From: Amphiscolops sp. MND2022
Lineage: Eukaryota
Reading direction: 5' to 3'
DNA: 64,000 bases
Assembly (NCBI GenBank): GCA_964187785.1
Contig: OZ076409.1
Span: 65,846,001-65,910,000 of the forward strand
The notes under the pieces are model-generated. The model was given only the letters and a program-made list of their open reading frames with translations. It was not told where the DNA came from and searched no databases. The position numbers and the translations under genes are program-made. This document shows positions 55,936-64,000 of this stretch, piece by piece. Position 1 is the stretch's first letter; each line of letters starts with the position of its first letter.

Positions 55936-56199
55936 TTAGCCGATATGTGTAGTTGATAACTCCTTTTGCAATTCTTCTTCGTTGATTCAATGATAGTGGA
56001 TCGAATCTATCACCCGCTCTGAATGTCATTCAGTGGAGCGGGCGGTAGATTCGATTCACTATCTATGAGGCAACGAAGAAGAATTGCAAAAGGAGTAATC
56101 AACTACACATATCGGCTAACATTCAGCGGAGCGGGCGGTAGATTCGATTGACTACCTATGAAGCAGCGAAGAAGAATTGCAAAAGGAGTAATCAACTAC
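55936..56199. repeat. 184-bp imperfect palindrome (55936-56119) plus a direct repeat of its right arm (56121-56199)
   Basis: TTAGCCGATATGTGTAGTTGA...TTCTTCTTCG is mirrored by CGAAGAAGAA...TCAACTACACATATCGGCTAA around the centre CTGAATG-T-CATTCAG. Confidence 0.88.
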
Positions 56200-58595
56200 G
56201 CATTCAAAATTTTCAAAAAAACAAGAGAAATTTGAAAGCACATGCTCTGAAAACTCACAAGTTGCTCTTAGCGAAACCAAACATGCTGTCCCTACAGTCT
56301 AAAACTGTCGTTCACCGAAAACGCATTAGTAACCCCTTGAATGATTTCATATAACAAATGCATTATATATAACAATCGAGGGTCTGGTCCAAGAGGAGAC
56401 AATGCTTGATATCTTTTCGGGTAAAGAAAAGGATTCGGACAACAACGACAACCCACGTCGAACAAAAAAGGTTTGTACATAACCAATCTTTATCCAGCAT
56501 CACTAATGACCAAATAGTTTGAAGAGAAACGTCACGGAGAAAATCCTCAAGTCCTGGAACCCCAGCCATTCACCTGGTTCGGAATCGGAAATAGACAATG
56601 CTCTATTTGAAGCCAAGACGGCAAACCTAGAACTTCCTATGTTTCAAGATCGCAACGGCAATACAAACCTTTTCATTTGGATAGCGGGGAAGAGAATAGA
56701 GATAACAATTCAGATCTAGAATCAGAAAGTAATGACTGCGGAATCCACTGCTGTCTAATATAATAAGATATGCCTCTGGAATCCACCAAAAATTCAATAA
56801 AAAGAGATGATTTGTCCCCGGAATCCAGAAAAAATTGCAAGCGGATTCCGCTGCACGTGTTATAAAGTGTGTCTTTGAAATCCGTCATTTTAAACAGCGG
56901 ATTCCAGGTCTGGTAGGTGCTACCTGCGGTTAGCAGTCAATTCCGCAGTTTTCAAAAAGTGTAGGGTTATGCGTCGTAATGTGTAATCTCTTGCATCGAG
57001 AAAAATAGAACAACAAATTATGACTCTGCATAGGTCCAAAAAATTCCCAGAAACAAACCCAATAAAGACCTTAAAAATCAATTGTCCATGATGATTCTAT
57101 GGAACACTGAAAAGCGACTAAACCTAATAACTGTGAACGAGAGAACAACAGCAACTTGACTCCCTCAACCGCCACAAAACAGACTCCGGCTTTTCATCCG
57201 AGGACAATCCGACAGCTGTAAACGGAATTCCGAAAACACAAATAATCCGGACATCCGACTCTATCAACGGCAATCTCCCCATTGGCTGATTCCCCATCAA
57301 TTGTGGAGGGGTGAATGCTTTTTTGCAGTGATTTTGAATTTTGACTGAGTGTCAAGTGTTCTCTAATTGGGTACCAATCCGGTCCTGTCCAAGCAGGAAC
57401 TTTTTTCAAGTTTGTTGGATTTTTTGTCTTTTTATTCTGTGAATACCACAAAATGGTTTGCTACACAGAATCAACTCTGGTGTTTTGCCACACTTGAAAT
57501 TTTTGATGGACATGAACTGAGAAATTTGAAGTTGTCATGCATTTGCTAAGATCTGAAGGAAATGACTAAAAACTTAATTTTACCGTACCGAAAAACACCA
57601 AATCAGTATGCGGTAAATATTTCACAGGGTGTAAAGACGTGTAATCTTGATTGTTGCCTCTGGAATTTTTACACAAGGTGTAAAGAAATTACTTGGTGGA
57701 CATTATCTGTCACGCTCGAATGACTCATTTTTATATGACCTTCTTCATATAATTTATAAAACAACGAGTCTAATGAAAGAGTTAATAAACGCCCATGGAA
57801 GAGAGAAATATCTCAATCGGGAAAATATCTCAAGTGCGGGAATGCTTCAATTCCTTTCATGGTGGAAAATGGGTGGAACTAAAAATTGAATGTAATTTCA
57901 TCTTGAACCCTGGAATTGTTTTCTCTGATCTCCACAAAGAAAGCCACAAGAGTAGCAATTCGTCGATGGTTAAGAGTTTTTTATACTAACGACAATTTCA
58001 TAAAACTCACTTGATTTCGTTAGACAAAAATTTCAAAACTAATACATCTTGGAATACTCAACTGGAAAAAATCTCAGAAGCGGAAATAGCTCATATTCTG
58101 ATTAGAAGTACAACTGTTTCTGCTTGAAGCCGAATAGAAATTACATTGTATGAAATACCTAATTTTCCATTTTTTCTCAGTTTTCAAACGATGATTTAGA
58201 TTTGTTATTTTTTGCCCTCAGTTTCATATTGGACAGGAAATTGCTAACACTACCTTGTTTCCACCCCAATTTTGCTAAATTGTATTTGTGCAAATATGTT
58301 TTGTTCGAACTTTCTTTTGAAAAATGCGTAGGAGCAAATGTTACCAAAAAAAAACAAAATTTCCAAAATTTTAAGTACACTGATTTTCACGAAAAAAAAA
58401 CATTTGCAACCTGGCATATTTTTAAACAAAAAATTCCGTCTTTGTATTTTTGAAAAATACCAAAATTCTCCAACAATGTAAAAGGTTTCTCAAGTTTTCA
58501 ACATTTTAGTTATTGTGGTATGTTTGTGGATAGACTTTAAGTTCATGTGGGAGACTTTTCCTTTCAATGATTATCAGCCACAAGCTCGGTATATT

Positions 58596-59162
<567 letters not shown>

Positions 59163-60725
59163 AATCACCCAGTCGCTGATTAGGTTTCCAGCTAAAACAA
59201 CTCCGAACATTTTTTTAGCCCTTATTTCATTTTCAAAAGGAAAAATGTTCGCCATAAAATACAAAATTCCTACGAAAGACGACCCCAAAAGGGCAGCCAA
59301 TGTAGCAAAAATTTTAGGTTTTTTTCTAAAGTTTCAAAACTTTTTGTGGGTATGAGTAAGAACACTTCAACGAGGAAATAGTCAACTGCACAAGAGGCTT
59401 TTGTGTTGAGAAATCTGAAAAAATTTGAGCTTAACACACTCAAAAATGCGATTTTTTTCATAATTAAAGTTTTTCATAATTAGACCTCTTTGTTGCAAGT
59501 TTGTAGAAGTTTTGAATTCTTTGTCCAAAACTTGGTCAATTGAGCTGGTGCCTCAGTGTCGAATCGCGCCAAAAAGTGGTACAATTTTTGATTGTTTCGG
59601 TGAGTATAATTAGCCAACGAAAGAAAACTAGAAATAAAGTTTTTTCGTCAAAAAACACTAAAATGCGCTGAACAAACTAAACGTTTCCGATTTCAACTTT
59701 TAGTGCAGTTTTGGAATACATTTTGAATGTTTTGCTGGTTAGAAAAATTCAGAGCTCCATTCAAGTAGAAAGATTTCATATTTTTTTGAAAAGTCAAAGA
59801 ATGCATCAAGAACCCGGACAAGCTAATCTTGCTAATCAACGTTTACAAACAGAAAGCGCACGTTTTTTTTTGAAAACATTAACTCTATGATCAACGGGGA
59901 CACCTACACTTTTCTGCTCCATACTATGATTGATCTGCAATCAGGAAAACCTCCCTTTGTCCTCGATTGCAATTTTTAAGAATTTTTCAACGAATTTTTC
60001 CATCTGCTTGTTGAACTTGAGCTACAGCTTGTGATTAAAGTTATGTTCACGTCAAGTTTTTATTTTATCTTTGTTTTAGTATTCCCTCAGTTTTTTTGAT
60101 GTTGACGTTTTCTGTCAAAGAAAACCGTTTTCTAAGTCTTTAGGGTGACATCTTAGGTTATGTTGTGGTCATATGGACTGATTAGAGTTTTATCGAAAAC
60201 TGTGTGAAAAGTTTATTTTCGGCACTGAGGAACGAAAAAAACTTTAGTTGGTCAAAAGGATCCCTTCTTATTCATAAATGTTTTTGGCTTGAAGAAAGTC
60301 GTTTCCGGACCTAAAGTTCTCTTTGCGGCACCATTAGTCTTTTACCGGACAAAAACTTTCGAATCTTGTTTTTCAAAAAATGGGTTTTTGTGTTTTCATT
60401 TGGGGAAAAGTGGTTTTGGCGTCTTATACCTATCCCTTCGGGTACTTGTCAACGCTGAGAAATTGATTAAAGTTAGGCAATAGTGCCGTTTTCATATTTC
60501 GGAAAATTGGTTTCCTGAAATTTGGGTCGTTCCGGGCTCGTTGAAATTTTGGGTACGCTAATGTTTTTTTAAGATTACCCCACGGAAAGTGACATCAAAA
60601 TATTGTGAATGGCCTGGTGAGAAACTTTGCTTCCATCGCGAGGATCTTGTAACAATCTTCTAAAATTTGAAGCATCTATTGGAGTTCTTGCAAGATACCT
60701 AGAAAACATAAGTTCATTTCGATAT

Positions 60726-61075
60726 GGGGGATCATAGTGTAGTGGTTAGAACATTCATCATGTACTGGTGCGGTAACAGGTTCTAATATCTCTCAACTCA
60801 CCGTTAACGGTCCTTAAGCAAATCCTCCATCCCTAGCTTAGTGATATGGACAGTGACGAAAAATAACGCATTTAGTGGAAAAAAGCAAAATAAAAGAGCA
60901 ACGGTGAGCAGTCAGACCTTTGTGACCTTGAGCAAGTCACTTCGAAACCACAGCTTCAAGTCCATTATTATTTGACCATTTGGTCACAAATATGGTACCA
61001 TAGCTTGCTATGGGGTGATAGTATCCGAGAGGACGCCGACTAAGAAAAGCACAACTGCTTATTCGGCGTTCGCCC
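60726..61075 (+). mobile_element. tRNA-derived SINE-like element with a CORE-like motif (3' end uncertain)
   Basis: A-box TAGTGTAGTGG, degenerate B-box GGTTCTAATATC, and TGTGACCTTGAGCAAGTCACTT at 60921-60942. Confidence 0.5.
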
Positions 61076-61170
61076 CGCGGAATTGAGGGAATTAACTTTA
61101 AGACTTGTTGGAAGGAAAAAGTTTACTTGGAAGATTGACTTGGAAAAACATCATAAAATTATTGGAATGG

Positions 61171-61993
61171 AGTGAAACGCGACTATTATAGTGACTCTTT
61201 TTTTAGTCGGCGCTTCATGAAGTGAAAGGCGACTATTATAGTGACTCTTTTTAGTCGGCTCTTCCTGAAGTGAAACGCGACTATTATAGTGACTCTTTTT
61301 TTTCTATCCACACCAACTGACCAAAGTAGTTCTTAAAAGTTCTACAAAATATTATTGCACCAAATTGCACTATTTGGCCTAGCGAACTGAACCAAAAGAG
61401 TTTTTCCTGTTTTTCCGCGTAACATACCATACCGGGCGAGACCAAAGGGTCACCTCTTTCATTTTTTTTCGGCACTGCGAGACTTTTTTCTCGAAAAAAA
61501 TGTTTTCCTCAAAGGGTCCCCCTTCAATTTTTTTTTCTGTTTTGCGTCAGAATGGATGTTGGAAACCCCCAAAGGGTCCCCCTTACAGTTTTTTCGGCAC
61601 TGTGAGATTTTTTTCCTAAATTTTTTTTCTCCAAAGGGTCCCCCCCTTCAATTTCTTTGATATTTTACAACAGATTGGGTGTTTAAAATCCCAAAGGGCC
61701 CTTTCAGTTTTTCGGCATTGTGAGATTTTTTTCTCCGAAGGGTCCCCCTTCAACTGCGACAAAAATGTTGACAATTTCGGACGTGTCCCCCTTTTAGCGC
61801 GCCAGGGGCTCGCGCTAGCGGGCCCCGGCGCGCCACTCGGTCCATTTTTTTGAATGTAATTTTTTCGAAAATTTTTTTTCGAAAAGTTTTCGATTTTCGA
61901 GTATTGTAAAAGAGAATACTTGACACTTGGAAGTCTTTTTGCTATTTTTGAGTCTTGGATATGGCGCTGACTTGAGCCGGTCCCGGCTTGTTT
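61171..61993 (+). mobile_element. Helentron/HINE-like copy H with a tandemly repeated 5' end
   Basis: Three copies of AGTGAAA(C/G)GCGACTATTATAGTGACTCTTT at the 5' end and GGCGCTGACTTGAGCCGGTCCCGGCTTGTTT at the 3' end. Confidence 0.6.
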
Positions 61994-62399
61994 AATAAAC
62001 ACAGCGTTTTACTAAACGCCGCGAGAAAAAGTGGCATTTTGTGAATAATGCGCCCAACTAATATTTCAACTAGTTTTTATTCAGAAGAAAATGTGCACGA
62101 TCATTCGAGTGACATGTTTTTTCGTCAGACAACAGAATGTATGTGTAACGTCCACTTTTTGAACAAAATTTCTAAACCTCAGAGATTAAACCAGAGTAGC
62201 CATGGGCGCTTCCCAAACAAACGACCATCGACTCGATGTCTTCCGAGAACTAAATATGTCTGTTTTACGTGTTAAATAGTCTTCTCCCCATTTGTGTTTT
62301 TTTCGACAATGTGCTACTTTTTCGAACTTTTCTTTATTTCTCTGCTTTTCGGTTTTCTCATGTTTCAACTTCCAAAAATACGTTTTTAAGCCTTAATTT

Positions 62400-62610
62400 T
62401 CCCATGTTTACTCTGTTTTTTTTTCGGCACTGTGCGACTTGTTTTTGTGAATTTTTTTGCAATTATGGTCTTTTAAAATGTTTTTTTTTCAAGTGACAGG
62501 CGTTTTTTTACAATGATACATTTTATACTCTGGAAATTGTACCCGGAACATAACTATGAGCTTTTACGTTTTTTGAGCTTCAAGCGCTGACTTAGGACGT
62601 TCCCGTCTTG
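62400..62610 (+). mobile_element. Helentron/HINE-like degenerate copy I
   Basis: TTTTCGGCACTGTGCGACT and the 3' end GCGCTGACTTAGGACGTTCCCGTCTTG. Confidence 0.4.
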
Positions 62611-64000
62611 CGTTTTTTTTCCTTTGGATAAGACCACAATATGTATACGAACAGAGTTTTTGTTCAGGCCGCCAGTTTGTTCATTGAGCCTTAAGCAGGG
62701 CACCGACTTCAGACTTTAGACAATAAACTCTGCTAGTGTTAGAATGCGAATATTTTCCGATGCATCTTAGAAAATCGTTGGTTCTAAAATGGAACCATTG
62801 ACGAGATTTGATTGGCCTTCAAAGAAAGGTATGCAAAAATATTAAAGGAAAAGTATGTAGGAGCATATGAATTCATTTAAATTGTTAAATGACCATGCCT
62901 TGAGAAAACAATCAACTAAAGAATGTGTATTGCCTTCGTCTTTTAAACTGTTTGAAAAAACCTTGGATATAGAATTGTTTGATGCTTGTTTGTAGCGCTT
63001 ATAATCTCTCTCTAAACGTTCTCTTTTGATTCATGCAGCGTTTTTGTTCAAGTTGCATTAATGTTTCTTTCATCTGACACTCGAGAGATCCTCCTTTTTT
63101 GCTTCAATGAAATCGAGAAACGTTTAACTCACTATTCTATTTGATTGACATTAAGATAAATATAGCCAATAAATATCACAAACGCACAGCTCTTGAATTT
63201 ATGAGTTCCAATACTTGAGTTTGTTGAACAAAGCAGGAGAAATTTTCAAACCTCATTGAAAAATAAATTGAACCTTGCTCGTCAAATAGATACTGACAGG
63301 GGAAAAAGTTTTCATTTGAATACGTTATCTCTGACTTAGAGCATACGCTTAATTCTGAAGCATTCAGAAACGAAACATCACCTTCAGTTGAGCCAATAAA
63401 TTCCACGAAGAAATTTTTAGTTTTTTTAAAACAAAAATAAAATCATGCGTTTCACGTAATTGTGTACGTGACGCATCGATTGAAGTGATGAAATAGGAGT
63501 CTTGTTTAATAAAACATTCAATTTGAATCCAGATTACCGACTTGCTTAATTTACTGATGGAAAATCAAAAATGAAATTTGACTTAATCTTGAGGTTAAAT
63601 CGAAAGTTTGCTTTGGATTTTCCATCAGTATATTTTGATCAGTTCCATGATAGTGGTAATGTTGATTTTTGAAATGAAACAAATGAGATTTCGTTTTTGC
63701 AACGCAAACTTCACTGAGCAACTAATGCGTGTTGGTTTCACCTTTTGTGAACTAGTGAATTGACGAAACTACGCCTACTATACTGTTACAACTATTGCCA
63801 ATGTAATTTTTCAAGTTGCAAGTTGCTATGTGTACCTAAGTTTCTTTTCTAATAGCCTCCGCGACACTTTTTTTTCGCAAATTTCAATCACTGCATTAGC
63901 ATGATACAATCGATAGATGCATTTTCATACATGCAATCGCAACAACCTTGTACGTAGTGGAAAACCAAGAAAAGAGTAATTGAGTACTTATATTCCCGAC

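Noticed and set aside
60726..60800. tRNA gene
   Set aside because: An A box is present, but the acceptor and anticodon stems do not form; treated as a SINE head.

Overview
This is AT-rich, repeat-dense eukaryotic DNA, probably from an invertebrate animal, and I can support no host protein-coding gene in it. Two complete virus-like elements dominate the window. (1) A 12.3-kb Ty3/Gypsy LTR retroelement lies on the minus strand (7170-19473), with 507-bp LTRs about 99% identical and a GTTC target-site duplication. It carries gag, a -1 frameshifted pol broken by two nonsense codons, an intact envelope gene resembling chuvirus/class III glycoproteins, and a fourth coiled-coil ORF. (2) A 22-kb Polinton/Maverick (adintovirus-like) element spans 22167-44123, with 55-bp perfect TIRs and a GCTATG TSD. 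It encodes pPolB, a packaging ATPase, integrase, penton, a core protein, major capsid, an adenain protease and several accessory ORFs (PC4-like, HUH-like, PLA2-like, tandem-TM). It also holds an 8 x 156-bp array followed by a strongly base-paired ~210-nt candidate ncRNA. A 33-nt motif (32/33 identical) inside that candidate RNA recurs, with a compatible fold, in the env-ORF4 spacer of the unrelated retroelement; this is the most unexpected signal here. The flanks hold U3 snoRNA-like copies (two full length, two partial), many Helentron/HINE-like non-autonomous repeats with a covarying 3' hairpin, a hAT-type MITE, tRNA-derived SINE-like pieces, a ~1.9-kb tandem duplication, a 184-bp palindrome, a decayed Gypsy pol fragment and a (GA)n tract. 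All family assignments come from reading motifs by eye; no searches were run.
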